A stretch of DNA of 64,000 bases, taken from the NCBI RefSeq assembly GCF_009914755.1, contig NC_060930.1. One strand, 5' to 3'. Shown here in pieces: positions 19,124 to 32,888 of the stretch. Made by a program: the position numbers and the translations under genes. The stretch comes from the human T2T-CHM13v2.0 reference genome, Homo sapiens. How positions within the stretch are numbered: the first letter of the stretch is position 1; each line of letters begins with the position of its first letter. The notes under the pieces were generated by a model. That model had not been told where the DNA came from, did no database searches, and was given only the letters and a program-made list of their open reading frames with translations.

Positions 19124-21144
19124 TATAAGTATAAACCTGGTTAATATAGAGCCAGTTGTCATGGCAGCAGGAGGCCATGTGGAGCAGCGGCTGCCATCAA
19201 TCCTGGCTGCAGCAGAGAGGTGTGGCTTTGGCTGTATGCTTCATGGAACTGGTGGGAACTGGGAACAAGTGGGAGCCCTGCCCCTTCTGAGTTGGGGCAG
19301 GAGCTCCCTGGGTGCCACTGAAGATGCCCAAGCCACAGCAGTAGACCTGGGCATTCCTGTGCTCTTTGGGCCCAGGAGCAGGCGGGAGGCTCACCCTCCT
19401 GGGCATAGCTGCAGCCACTCAAACTGTGGCTGCAGGCCCATGCCTCCTGCTCCATGGAGCAGGCAGGAGCCCCATCCCCCAGAGTGTGGCTGCAGCTACC
19501 CAAACCGTGGCTGTAGACCCAGGCATCTGTGCACTCTTAGGCGGTCTTGAGAAGGCCCCCACTGATCTTACGGGCTCAGAAGTACCTGTTCCCACTGCCT
19601 GGTTTCTCTCTGCTGTTAGCACCTGCTTCTTTCTTGGAGCAAAGATAGGGCCAAGCCCAGGCACTGTCACAGCCCAGCTGGGTGTGTGCACACTTGGGGC
19701 AGTGCTGACATGCCAGCCCCTGGTCACCTTAGCCCCCTCCAGACTTTGGGCACTGATGAGCATAGGAGGAAAGCTGAGGCAGGCTGAGTGCAGCTCAGTG
19801 CTGGCCTGCAGGTACCCCTTGGCTTCTACAGCCTGGGTGCCCTGAATGACAGATTGAGGTAGACAGGTTACTGGATGGAAGGGGGCAGGTCACAGGTGAG
19901 GTCCCAGCCTTCAAAGAGAGCCTGAAGGCTGGGGACTAGGCTGCCAGTACCGCCGGACTGGAGTGGAAACTTGTGGTGCATTTTCCGGGCCTGCCCATGG
20001 CCACCCATGGACAAATTGGTGTACACTTCCTCCCCTCTGAGGCCCATAAAAACCCCTGGCTTAGCCAAAGCTTAGCAGATATTGAGGTGACCAGCTGCAT
20101 AGAGGAGCAACACACTCTAGGGCCTCCTCTCTGCTGAGAGCTATAGAGACAATGAGATGACCTGCCTGCAGAGAGGAGCTACCCACTTTAGGGCCTCCTC
20201 TCTGCTGAGAGCCACAGAGATGAAGGAGAGATGACAGGGAGATGATGGGACTACCTGCCTGCAGAGAGGAGCACCCCATTCTAGGGCCTCTTCTCTGCTG
20301 AGAGCTGCACAGACAATGGGACGACCAGCTGCAGAGAGGAGCTACCTTCTCTGCTGATACCTGAATACTTGTCAGGATGACTTGCCTTGAATACTTGTCA
20401 GGATGACTTGCCTAGCAGAAAGGAGCAACCCTCTCTGCTAGAAGCTGAACACACTTTGGGGAAACCCTGGCTGTGGAAAGGAGCTGCCCTCTGAGGGTTT
20501 CCTCTGAGCCATTTTATTGCTCAGTAAACCTCCTCTTCACCTTGCTCACCCTACACTTTGCTGCATACCTCATTCTTCTTAGGTGTAGGACAAGAACTCG
20601 GGACCCACTGAATGAGGCTAAAAGAGCTGTAACACAAATGAGGCTGAGATATGCCCCATTGCTCACCACATTGCAAACAAAGAGAAGGAAAGAAGAGCTG
20701 CAGCCTTTCAGAGAGCCCAGACCTGTGAGCTCCCCAAGCCAGGGCTGTGACTCCCTCTTTGGGTTCCCGGCATTTCCAAGCTACTGGGCATCACCATGTT
20801 CCCTGGTGCCAGCTGCGGAAGCTGCTTTCGGTGCACCTGGTCCAGCCGCAGCCTTGTGGAAAGCCGACTCTCATGCTGGCACCTGGAGCTTCCTGCCTTG
20901 CTGCAGCAGCTGGCATGTCTGACTGCACAGTGGCTGGACCCCATGCTCACTCACATATCCCTTGTGCTCCACACAGTCTCCCTTGGCAGATGTGGGATCC
21001 AGGCTGGTAGTGTGAGCTGAGCGCATCCTGCCAGGCCAAGTGGGCGGAATGAGCCCAGCGGGCCTGAGTGAAACTCAAGGCAAAGGCATCACTGGCCACA
21101 GAGGTTTCTGGCCAGAAAAGTGACACCCCAAAGATCCTGTAACA
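19124..21144 (+). mobile_element. Long solo ERV1 LTR, MER52 family (about 2.0 kb)
   Basis: GC-rich; internal tandem units; ends ggccagaaaagtgacaccccaaagatcctgtaaca; 4-bp TSD GTTG at 19120-19123 and 21145-21148. Confidence 0.85.
20085..20460 (+). repeat. Degenerate tandem array within the MER52 LTR
   Basis: About 5-6 units of ctgcagagaggagc...agggcctcctctctgctgagagc, plus a perfect 26-bp tandem duplication at 20362-20413. Confidence 0.9.
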
Positions 21145-22497
21145 GTTGCACATGTAAGGCTATACTTTTTAAAAAAGTTGACATCAATTTTGATTGATTG
21201 ATTGATATTTCAGCCTGTTATATATTTTAAATATCACCTCTGAGTTCAATGATATTAATCACTAGATTGTTTATAATAGTAAACATTTGGAAAATTTCTA
21301 AGTTCCATTAATATAAAATTGATAAAAATAAATGTTGGTACATCCACACAATGGGTTGCTATACAACTGTTAAGATAATGATGCTTGTATTTATTGTCAT
21401 GAAAGAAATCCATGCCATAATGATTAAATGTAAGGTAGGGGCTTGTTTCAATAATATATATGGTTGTATGTTCATTAAATATATGAAAAAGTATTTATCA
21501 GGGTATTTCTATGTGGAAAATTATGGGTGCTTTTATTTTCTTATTGTGCTTTTTAATGTTTTATTTGTAGTGTCATGCATTAACAGGCACTTTTTATGAC
21601 CATTAAAAGACAGAAAGTCTACTTCTATTTTTGAAAAGTGATATTGAGAATTTAATTGTAATTAGTTTCAAGGAAAGCGTATGAGTAACAATACTCTGTT
21701 ACAAAGTCAAAACATTCCGTAGAAAATAGCTATGAGTCTTAAAGGAAAGACTTCTCTAGTCATATCATAAATGATGTCTGTTTCCCTTTTGAGCAAAGAG
21801 ACACAACTTAATAAAATTAATAGGGGAAACTCAAATGTATAGAAAATAGAATATGAGTAAGAAAGGCATGGATACTTTTATGCTGTTTATATACACATGT
21901 ACACCCAGCCATGCTTTCTGTAAAAATAGTGCTTGCTTGGTTCTGTAAAAGGAGGAAATATTTCAGAGTTTATGGCAAAATCATTTTGGAAGTACAGAAG
22001 GTTGGTTTGGAAAGGATTACACATTTGTCATACTTTCTTTCATGCTTAATAAAAAAAGTGATTCTGATCTGATGAATGGAACATTGTTAGAAGTCAGAAA
22101 ATATTACTGTTTCTCATTATACTTTTCATTTGTCACATGACTTTAATGAAGGACCCTCCTGTTAGCATGAGAGTCATTATCAACCAAAGGTATATAGAAC
22201 GTTTCCTCTTTAATGCAGACATTTAACAAACTAATGAATACTAAAAATAAAACTCTCTAAAAATAATGTTGCTTATATACTGTGAGGATCTGCTAAATCT
22301 TTTCTGCTTTTGAATACACAGTAAGAAAATTAATTTAGAGCTTAATCAGCCATCATAAGCAGCAGCAGGTAATTTTATTTAATTTTTCAAAGCAATGAGA
22401 GACTATTGGAGTGGGAGCAGGCATGCAGGTAATAAAGAACTCTTTGATTTTTATTGAAACATCCATAATTTAAATGACAGGTTTTGCGGATTCAAGA

Positions 22498-22712
22498 CTA
22501 GTGGTTTGCAGAGGGTGCTCTGCAGAGCCTCTTGGGTTCCATGACATTACCTTGGGGCCCACTGAGGGTGGTGGTTGGAAGAGGAGGAGGCTCCTGGCTC
22601 CCATGTCCACATCCTCCACTGTAGCTCTAATTTCATAGGTTTTGTATTTCAATGTTCTGTGTGAGTTGGCGTGAAAAATGAGTTCTATTGCAAAAATAGT
22701 TTTGAAAACCTT
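22498..22712. mobile_element. Old hAT-type MITE (MER102/MER58-like)
   Basis: Ends resemble cagtggtttt.../...tttgaaaacc, with internal gggttcc. Confidence 0.4.
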
Positions 22713-24559
22713 TAATTTGTTCCATCTCCACAGTGTGTAGATGAAGAAACAGATTCAAAGTAGACTCCTGCTCTATTTTAGTGATTATTAACTCCTGGTA
22801 GGTGTAAGAATGCACAAAATGCTTCAGTCATCACACCAATCCTGTTACCTAGGCTGAGTAAATATCAGCACCATTGTTTGCCAGATTAGGAAATGGACAC
22901 TCAGAGGGTTTCAACAATCTGCCCACGAGATGGTATGCCTAACTCCTAGTCCTGCTTCTCCTCCTTCTATTCCTTCTTTAAAGTACTTTTTATCTGACCA
23001 GGCTGTGTGGTTCTCTATGTTTGTACATGTTCCAACCCAGAGAAGTTGTAGTGTATAATTGATAGTATTTTAAAATGATTCCACTGAAGCTGCCATTATT
23101 AGAAATGATTGATCTCTAAACAGCAGCACTATGTATGAATATGTCCAATAATGACAAACTCTAACCAGTAAGTGCTCAGAATAGTGTGAAAGTTTTATTT
23201 AGCAATTTTACAAGATTGGTGTGGAGAATATATACAAATTGCTTTCTGTGTTTTTCTTTTTTAGCAGGTTTTAATAAATGATATATTTATAATTTTAAAA
23301 GTTATATTAAAGACCTATAATTTGAACATTGTAGCATTGCAAGCATAAATGTTCTTTATGTTTACAAAAAACCTCAATGGTATTCTTGATTTTAAATTGG
23401 TCTTTGTGTATATTATATTCCTCTCAAGTGCACTAAATTTCTATAGATTCTGTATGTTCATTAAAAATATTTGCTCAGTTCAATTACAGTTATTGGGATT
23501 AGGGGTAGCGGGTGGGGAAAATGTGTAAGTTCCTGAGGCTTCCCTAAATGGGATGTCCTCTCTGTGGATTGAGACATGTCCAAAAACCCACATCGAACCT
23601 TCAAGGATCTATTACTTGAGGGGCCTGAGAGTCTATGAAAAACAGGCATTTTAAGAAGAGTCCTGGCTCAAATTTTGTTTCATATCTCGTCATATCAAAA
23701 TAAATAAGAATAAAAAATTACAATAATTGTGTTATTTTTCTATGTGAATATATATACACACAGCAGATTTTATTTAACCATTTCCTCTGTTATTAAGGAA
23801 CTTAAAACATTTAAGATATTTCCGAATCTTCGCCATTGTTTAAAATAACACTGAAATGAGCATCTGGGTGCATATGTAATTGCATTCATCTCTAATAATT
23901 TCCATTGGAAAGATTCCTATTAATGACATTGTCGTACTAATTTACTCTTTCATCAATTTAAAATAATCCTTATACTGCCAAATTTTACTAATATTGAATT
24001 ATACATTATTTTACTAATATTGCTGATGAAAAATTGTGTCCTGGTGACTTTTTTTCATATATCTACCAGTATGTTTTTGTCATCTGTAAGTGGCATGGAG
24101 AGCTTATAATTTTTGACATCTCTGATTTATGTAAAATCATATATGGAATTAGAGAACCTATGACATTAAATTAGGTTATCTCTGGATTGAGAAATGGTGA
24201 TATTTGTTTTCCTCATTCTTTTTGTGAGTTTCTGCCCATAAAATATTTTATAATAAAAATGCAAAAAAGATGAAGGTATCTTTTTTTACAAAACAGCATA
24301 CAGTAAGACAAGATTCATGTGTATTATCTAACATTTATGAAATTTTATTATTAAGTGTTTTTAGAGGACTTATTCAACATATGAAGGATTTTAGTCAGTA
24401 GACACAGTGCCTCTTCACCTGCACTGGAGGCGTTGTTTTTCTTCTCTGTAGCAGGGTGAATGGGGTAGGATGGTAAAAATTTCCACTGAGAATGTAGCAA
24501 ACTTGATGTCTTCAAAACAGCTCCAGCATTTGTGAGATGATGAATACTCCACATGAAAG

Positions 24560-24780
24560 AGGAGACACAGCGCAGTGGTTAGTGCACAGCCCTGGAGTCG
24601 AAATCCTTAGATATTACTCCAGGCTTTACCACTTCTTATGTGACCTTGAGCAAGATAAATTTTTTATGCCTCAGTTTCCTCATCTGTGAAATGGGGATAT
24701 AAACAGAACCTATATCTTAAGGGTATTATAAAGATTAAATGAGGTAACTATGCAGAAAACGTTTAGAAATTCTGACAATA
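24560..24780. mobile_element. MIR SINE
   Basis: gcagtggttagtgcacagccctggagtc...tgtgaccttgagcaag...cctcagtttcctcatctgtgaaatgggg. Confidence 0.85.
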
Positions 24781-24831
24781 AATTGTTTTAAAATGGCAAT
24801 TATAACTTTAGTAAGTGGTCTCATATTCTCT

Positions 24832-24912
24832 CTTTTTTTAAAAATTTTACTTTAAGTTCTGGGGTACATGTGCAGAACATGCAGGTTTGTTACATAGGTG
24901 TACATGTGCCTT
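24832..24912 (-). mobile_element. L1PA extreme 3' end fragment
   Basis: ttttactttaagttctggggtacatgtgcagaacatgcaggtttgttacatagg. Confidence 0.88.
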
Positions 24913-25284
24913 AGCAGTGTGCTGATCACGGTCTTCTTATGCACATTTACCAATTTCAGTTTGTTGAAAGACACAATTATCAGATATTTGAATGTGGATG
25001 AGGTTTGTTGTAATTACAATTTCACTTGCCTTTTGTGAATGTTTCTGTCACACCAGGGCATGGGGATGACATGAACAAAGGCAGAGCAGTGGAAAAGCAT
25101 AAACTTGTTCAGGGAATAGTAAAAAATCTAGGTAAATCCACAACATAATGCTATTGTAACATACTATTAATTATGTTAATTAAACAATTATTCATGTTTG
25201 GTCTTCATGTCAAGATGAAATATATTTAAATACTTGACTTTATAACATATATAATATTGATGTAATATCATAAAATATTTGTAA

Positions 25285-25707
<423 letters not shown>

Positions 25708-25859
25708 TAATTTTCCTACTAGAGAAGCAAGTGATGACCCTGCGTTACAAGGGGTTTATATGCTGGCCTAGTATCTATGTTCTCTAGATGGCAGTGGTAG
25801 GATCTCACTCCCATAACACCCAAGAGTCACTGCATTATAAGGAACCTAGAATTGCTTTC

Positions 25860-26149
25860 TTTTTTTTCCGAGACCGAGTTTCACTCTGTCACCCAGGCTG
25901 GAGTGCAGTGGCGTGATCTCGGCTCACTGCAACCTCCGCCTCCTGAGTTCAAGCAATTCTACTGCCTCCGCCTCCTGAGTAGCTAGGATTACAGGCGTGT
26001 GCCACCATGCCTGGCTAATTTTTGTATTTTGAGTAGAGACGGGGTTTCACCACATTGGTCAGGCTGGTCTCGAACTCCTGACCTCGTGATCCGCCCACCT
26101 CGGCCTCCCAAAATTCTGGGATTACAGGCAAGCGCCACCGTGCCCAGCC
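25860..26149 (-). mobile_element. AluS (Sg-like) SINE
   Basis: Antisense Alu; TSD tagaattgctttct / tagagttgctttct. Confidence 0.97.
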
Positions 26150-26343
26150 TAGAGTTGCTTTCTTAAAAGCATCCATTATGTATTAGAGAATACATTACAA
26201 CATTTGCGATGAATAATCAAGCAAAGATTCAATATATCACCCTGTTTAAAGTGGAAATCCACCTCCAATGATTTTGCTGATAATGATAGAATGATATAAT
26301 TTCAAAAATCATTCTTTTAATTTTTGCATTATAAAAATTTTTG

Positions 26344-26774
<431 letters not shown>

Positions 26775-27224
26775 TTAACACGCTGCCTAGGCTGAAATAA
26801 TTTCATGATCAGTTTCATTTTTGCACTCACCTTGTAAATCCAGACCTCCAGGCAGGTGTCGGGCAGTTATCAGTGGATTAATCTGGTCAGCTGCTTCTGG
26901 TTGCTGTTTTAAGGTTACTACCTAATGTGTACTTTTAGAGACTCTCCCTAGTGTGCTGTCACAAAGAAGTCGATTGGATTTTTATGTAAAGAAGGGCTCG
27001 GTGAGCCTCTAATCCTTAAATCATTCCTTTGACCACATTTTATTTCATTGTAAATGGAGATTACCACACAGAGGAATATCTGATGCTGTCTGGCTGATCC
27101 ATTTCTAACTAAACAATTAAGTCACTTGTATGTCAGAGCATACTCTCAGCAACTGGCATTTCCATTACTTCAGGCTTACCCTGAGACTATTTTGGAAATA
27201 TTTCATCTTCTGCTATTTTTTTTC

Positions 27225-28962
27225 TAGACATTTGTTATTTTATTTTTAGATTGACAGACAAAATTGTATATCTTCATCTGTACAACGTGATGTTTTGAAG
27301 TGCATATGCATTGTGAAATGAATGAATGTAGCTAATTAACGTATGCATTACCTCACATAATCATCACGTTTTTGTGGTGAGGACACTTAACATCCACTCT
27401 CTGAGCATTTTGCAGGAATACAATATATTGTTATTAACTCTGGTTACAATGTTGTACAATAGAACTCTTCAATTTATTCCTTCTATTTAACTGAAATCTT
27501 GTACCCTTTGACCAATGTCACCCCAAGCACCCCACCTGCAACTGCAACTGCCCCCACTCCTCTACTCTCTAGTTCCAGGAGATTAATTTTTTTACATTCC
27601 ACATATGAAGGAGATCATATATTTGTCTTTTTGTGCCTGGCTTATTTCACTTAACATAATGTCCTTTAGGTTCATCCATGTTGTTAAAAATGGCAGGATT
27701 TCCTTCTTTTTTTATGGCTGAATAGTGTTTCATTATGTTTCTATATGACAGTTTCTTTATCCATTCACTGATGGAGTCAGGTGGATTCCATTTTTTTGGC
27801 TATTAGGAATAATGCTGCAGTGAACATGAAAGTACAAATAACTCTGACATACTGATTTCATTTCCTTTGGATATATACATGATTATATCCACCAGTGGGA
27901 TTGCTGGATTGTATGGTAGTTCTATTTGTAATTGTTTTGAGAAACTTCTATATTGTTTTCCATAATGGTTGTACTAATTTTTATTCCCACCAACAGTGTG
28001 CAAGGTGGGTCATTCACATCCTGGCCAACACTTATCTTTTGTCTTTTTGATAATAGACACTAATGGGATTTTCTCATACACATTTACCAAACTTCAGTTT
28101 GCTGCAGAACACAATTACCAGATATTTCAGTGGGGGCAAGGGTTGTTGTAATTACAATTTCACTTGCCTTTTGTGAATGTCCCTGTGATACCAAGGCATG
28201 GGAATGACATGTGTAGAGGCAGAACAATATCACTCCATAAAGATATCATCTCTCATTGTGATTTTAATTTGCATTTTCCTGATAATTAGTGATGTTGAGC
28301 ATTTTTTTCACATACCAGTTGGATATTTGTATGTCTTATTTTAAGAGATGTTTATTTAGGTCCTTTGCCCATTTTTAAATTGGGTTTTTCGTTTTCTTGA
28401 CTTAAGCCCCTTAAATATTTTGGCTATTAACCCTTTATCAGGTGTATAGTTTGCAAATATCTTCTCCCATTGCGTTGGTTGTTTCTTCACTCTGTTGATT
28501 GTTTACTTTATTGTGCAGAAGCTTTTTACTTTGATGTAATACTGCTTGTCTATTTTTGCTTTTGTTGCCTGTGCTTCGGGGGTCATATCCAAAAAATCAT
28601 TGCCCAGACCAATGTAATAGAGCTTTTCCCCTATGTTTTCTTCCAGTAGTTTCATAGCTTCAGGTTTTACATTTAAGTCTCTACTCCAGTTTGAGTTGAT
28701 TTTCGTATATGGTGTGAGAGAAGAGTCTATTTTCATTCTTTTGCATGTGGATATTCAGTTTTCCCAACACCATTTATTGAAGAGATTGTCCTTTCCTCAC
28801 TGTGTGTTCTTGGCACTTTTGTTGAAAATGAGTTGGCTGGAAAAGCCTGGATTTATTTCTGGGCTCTCTATTCTGTTCCACTTGTTGTGTCTGTTTTTAT
28901 GCCTGTACCATGCTATTTTGATTACTATAGATTTGTAGACTATTTTGAATTCAGGTAGTGAA
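27225..28962 (-). mobile_element. 5'-truncated L1MA-type LINE-1 containing a foreign insert at about 28064-28240
   Basis: ORF2 remnants (LPEFKIVYKSIVIKIAWY; PYTKINSNW..LNVKPE) and L1MA-like 3' UTR. Confidence 0.9.
28071..28228 (+). repeat. Dispersed direct copy of 24934-25090
   Basis: Hand alignment about 82% identical over about 157 bp, including a 38-bp perfect block ttgttgtaattacaatttcacttgccttttgtgaatgt. Confidence 0.93.
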
Positions 28963-29254
28963 TACGTGCTAATTTTCAATTAGCAGAAAGCTCAAGCAAA
29001 ACACCCTGAGTATAAATGAAGCAGCTCTTTATGTGGCCTTCACGAGGATTGGACTCTCATAGGGCTTGGTTTTTGTATAACTCTTAGTTTTAACTACATC
29101 CTAAGGTTCTAGAGAAAATTCTGGAGCTGAGACTTAGCTATGCATTTGTACAACTTCCTTGTCTGCCAATCTAAAAGTCAATCTTACTGATAATCCCTAT
29201 TTTTCTTTTATTCTTATTTCCTCTTACCATTGTTTAGTAGCTAATATACTATGT

Positions 29255-29412
29255 ATTTCACTTGCTTATGTGTTTATTGTCTGTCAACCCCATCATAGCT
29301 CCATGAGCATAGCACCACGGGGGCAGAAATTATCTACTTTGTTCATTGTCATAGTCACAGTGTCAAGAAAAGTGTCTGGCACATTGCATGTGTATAATAA
29401 ATAATTTTGAAT
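29255..29412 (+). mobile_element. L2 3' end fragment
   Basis: tttattgtctgtc...gctccatgag...agtgtctggcaca...aataaataattttgaat. Confidence 0.6.
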
Positions 29413-31629
29413 AACAGCCAGTCACCCTATTTTATATATCCTATTTTAGTATCTTGGCATGGGAGATAATTTCATGAGTATTTATATATTTGCAAACTTT
29501 GGAAGAAAAAAAGAAAAAACACTCTATAGAAGGCAAATTGAGAGGACTGAAAGTTTAGAAGTGACAAACAACCTAGAAATAGCTACACATTTTTAGTGAT
29601 CAAAATCAATTTTTGTCATTAATCTGGATTTACTAACTTCTCAAAGTTATCATGGATGTAAAAGTGGCTTTAATCTGCTGATGCTCTGTGGTGTTCTACA
29701 AAATTGCTAAATTGCTTTTATGTGAAACTGGATAAGACATAACCCTTCTCCTACCTTTTATATTATTTTTTAGCCATGAGCCAAATTTTTCTAGCTAAGC
29801 CAATTTAAAAAATATTAGAAATGCAAATGTATTGCCATTGTTCTAAAATGTAGTTTTAAAATTCCATTTTTCAAGGTGGGATTTGTGATTATGTGTGAGG
29901 CGCTTCATTGTCTCTCAGCACTTCCCAACCAAAATCAGTCCATTTTGCCACTCCTGAGGAAAGGTCTGCTCTGTGTGACTCACAGTTACTTCCATGAATA
30001 TTTATCCTGCCTGTACTGTTGGAATCACCTTGAGATCATGTACAATTAGTTAGGGTTGATAGAATTAGTAATGTTACTGGTTGTGTTACAGCATCTACGG
30101 GTCTCAGTGAAGTGGGACTCAGTCCCTTCTCCCCATTACTCTATTTTCTGTCCCTTCTTGATTCTGCTTGCCATTTTGGGGGTGCCAATTTATTTCCTTA
30201 GTAAAAACAACAGTAGTTATATATTAAGATACAACTGTATTATTTGCTTTTTTTCTTAAATCCACTATTATTTTTTGTCTTTTCATTGATTAAACTTCAG
30301 GCAAAACTCATTTGGCTGTGTTGAATAACATTTTGCAATTTTCTTTTCCCTGTGTCTTTCACACTTTGTAGCATTGTGCTCATGTATACTGTCTTTGTAA
30401 GTTCGAATCTATTAAGTGATGGTTCGTCATAAATCCTGTATAATACTTGATTTTCATCATTTATTTATATTTTGTCACCTGTACTCTCTTGTCCTGAGTA
30501 CAAAGAATACACATTCATCTCTGTACCTTTTTTGTTTATTGATAGTTTATACTTTCTTTGGACAACTTTTAAATGTATATTTATTTATATTTGCTTATCC
30601 AATCTTATAAAGAACAATTTCACAAGTAGTTAGTCCCTGCTCATCTTCTTTTGATATTCCTAATATAGTCTTGTAATGGATTACTTGGGATATTTATTCC
30701 TCTGTATTTTAAAATCATGAATCTCAAACATCTCTATCCACCAAAGAATCTTTTGAACTAAAAAACGCACACAGACAGACCACATTTTTGAAGGATTCAA
30801 TTTCAAAATAAAGTTAGTTCCTACTTAGCCTTGCAAAATGAGGTATCTTCTCTTGATAAAGTTGTGCAAATAATGAATTTCAATCATTGAATATTCTAAA
30901 AATGTGTTATCTTGCCTAAGTAATTGTTTCTATGCCTTTAGCTATTAAAAATATGAAAACATAATCCTTTATAAAAGCACATATTTTTACCTTCCATTTG
31001 AGTAATTTTTATTAGTCAAGGAATTTTGTATAGGTATATATTTGGTGAAACTTTTTAATAAAATTGTGTTTTTCTGGTTATAAAATGATGCAGTTTCATT
31101 AAAAACATTTATAAAGCAGAAAAATACATAGAATATAAAAATCATCCATATTTTCATAGCCAGCAAATCATTGTTATCTTAAAAGTACATGTCTATAAAC
31201 AATAATTTTTAATGGAATTGGGATCATTTATAAGTTCATTTACTACTTGTCTCTTAACAATAATGTATAATCTAATGGTTAGTGGAAAATTCATCATATG
31301 ATGTTTTCACTATTTAATAAATTCCTCATTCTTAGACATTTAGATTGTTTTCATATTTTTCACTGTTATATATAATGATGTGATGAACATTTTTGAAAAT
31401 AAATAATCATAGGGTTTTCTCTTAACTGCCTTACATACTTCATTTGGAGTTAAATCACTGAGTAAAAAGATTCACATCTCCTCCCACACTCTGCCTTCTC
31501 TTATGTGATTTAGTACCTTTTGCTTGCCTTAATCTCTTTCTGCAAAGTAAGAAAGTGATCTGAAAAACTAATTTATATACAGTGTTGTTAACTTGTACGT
31601 GTTTTCCTGCCCCTTTCCCTTGCTCAGCT

Positions 31630-31995
31630 GTCCTAGACCAATTTTGGGAAGCAGACTCCACAGACAGAGGTTTATTTGCAGGAGATTTAGTGGGGAATGT
31701 TGTCAGCAACAATACAATTAAGGGAGTAAGGGAAGGGGGTTGAGCAGGAGAGGCTGAACTCGGGTGCAATAACAGGAAGGTCTCCAGCCATCCCAAGGGG
31801 AGCTCTGGAGCTCAGAAGGACCCTCAGAGTGTTCTTGAATTGAAATACATCTCTGAATCCAACTTCCTCCTGCCACTCCCATTGACCAGTCCTTAGTTTG
31901 GTATAGGGTGCCTTGGGCAAGGCAGTGGACATGCTCAGTAGCTGGGTAAGATGAGGACTTCATCCCAAAGTGGCCGTCTGGGCAGTGAACCACTG
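31630..31995. mobile_element. Old ERVL/MaLR LTR fragment (LTR16/LTR33/MLT1-like)
   Basis: ggaagcagactcc...aggtttatttgcaggagatttagtgggg...gggagctctggagc. Confidence 0.5.
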
Positions 31996-32755
31996 GGTGT
32001 TCAGCGTATCAGCCTCGTGGATTTTGTGTTATCAACCAATAAGGGGAGAGGGGGTGAAGTGTAAGTCAAAACAGATGATTCTCCACTAGGAAAATTTTAG
32101 TCTTTCTTGCCTGTTACCTAAATTGGAAAATGTACATGAGGAGGATCTTCCTCAGATCTTGTCGGCCTCTTTCTCATAATCCTGCTCTAGAACTCGAAAT
32201 ATCCTGCTCTACGACTCAAAACCAAACAAACATTGTTATTTGTTGGTGAAGGGGGCACCTAGAAGCATTTACTGACCGAGCAGTGACTTTAACATTATTT
32301 TATGTATCAATGTCACCAGTTTAGAGGATTTCACTATATTAACAAGTCCTACTGTGAAAATAACTATAGTATTACTGATTATATAACAAGGTGAAATACT
32401 ATATTTTGACCATTAAACTATTTTTTTTTAACTTGGGTGACATTTAGCAATTTACCATTTCCAGCAATCTAAATGTTTATGTCACAGAAATCACATATTA
32501 AATTATCTGGAAATTTATTTCTCAGGAGGATCACCAAGGCATCAGAAAATAATAATAATTAATAACACAACTATAACAACTTGACGTTTTATAAGGACAA
32601 AGTATACAGGTTAATCACTAATATTGTAATTTTTTTAACAGCCATTGAACTAAATTTTGACAATTGAAAAGAATTTAATTATGAACTCCTGATGATTTGC
32701 CTCCCACCTCCAAATAGTCCACCCATCATTCTTTATGAAATATTTATTGTATAGG

Positions 32756-32888
32756 GGCTGGGTGTGGTGGTTCACGCCTGTAATCCCAGCACTTTGGGAG
32801 GCCAAGGCAGGAGGATCACTTGAGGTCAGGAGTTTGAGACTAGTATAAGCAACAGTGTGAGATCCTCTCTCTAAAATATATATATATA
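32756..32888 (+). mobile_element. Free left Alu monomer (FLAM-like)
   Basis: Single left monomer with (TA)n tail; TSD atttattgtatagg / atttattgcatagg. Confidence 0.88.

Noticed and set aside
18996-21020. Overlapping 100-184-aa ORFs on both strands
   Set aside because: They lie in the GC-rich MER52 LTR, where stop codons are rare; no domain similarity.
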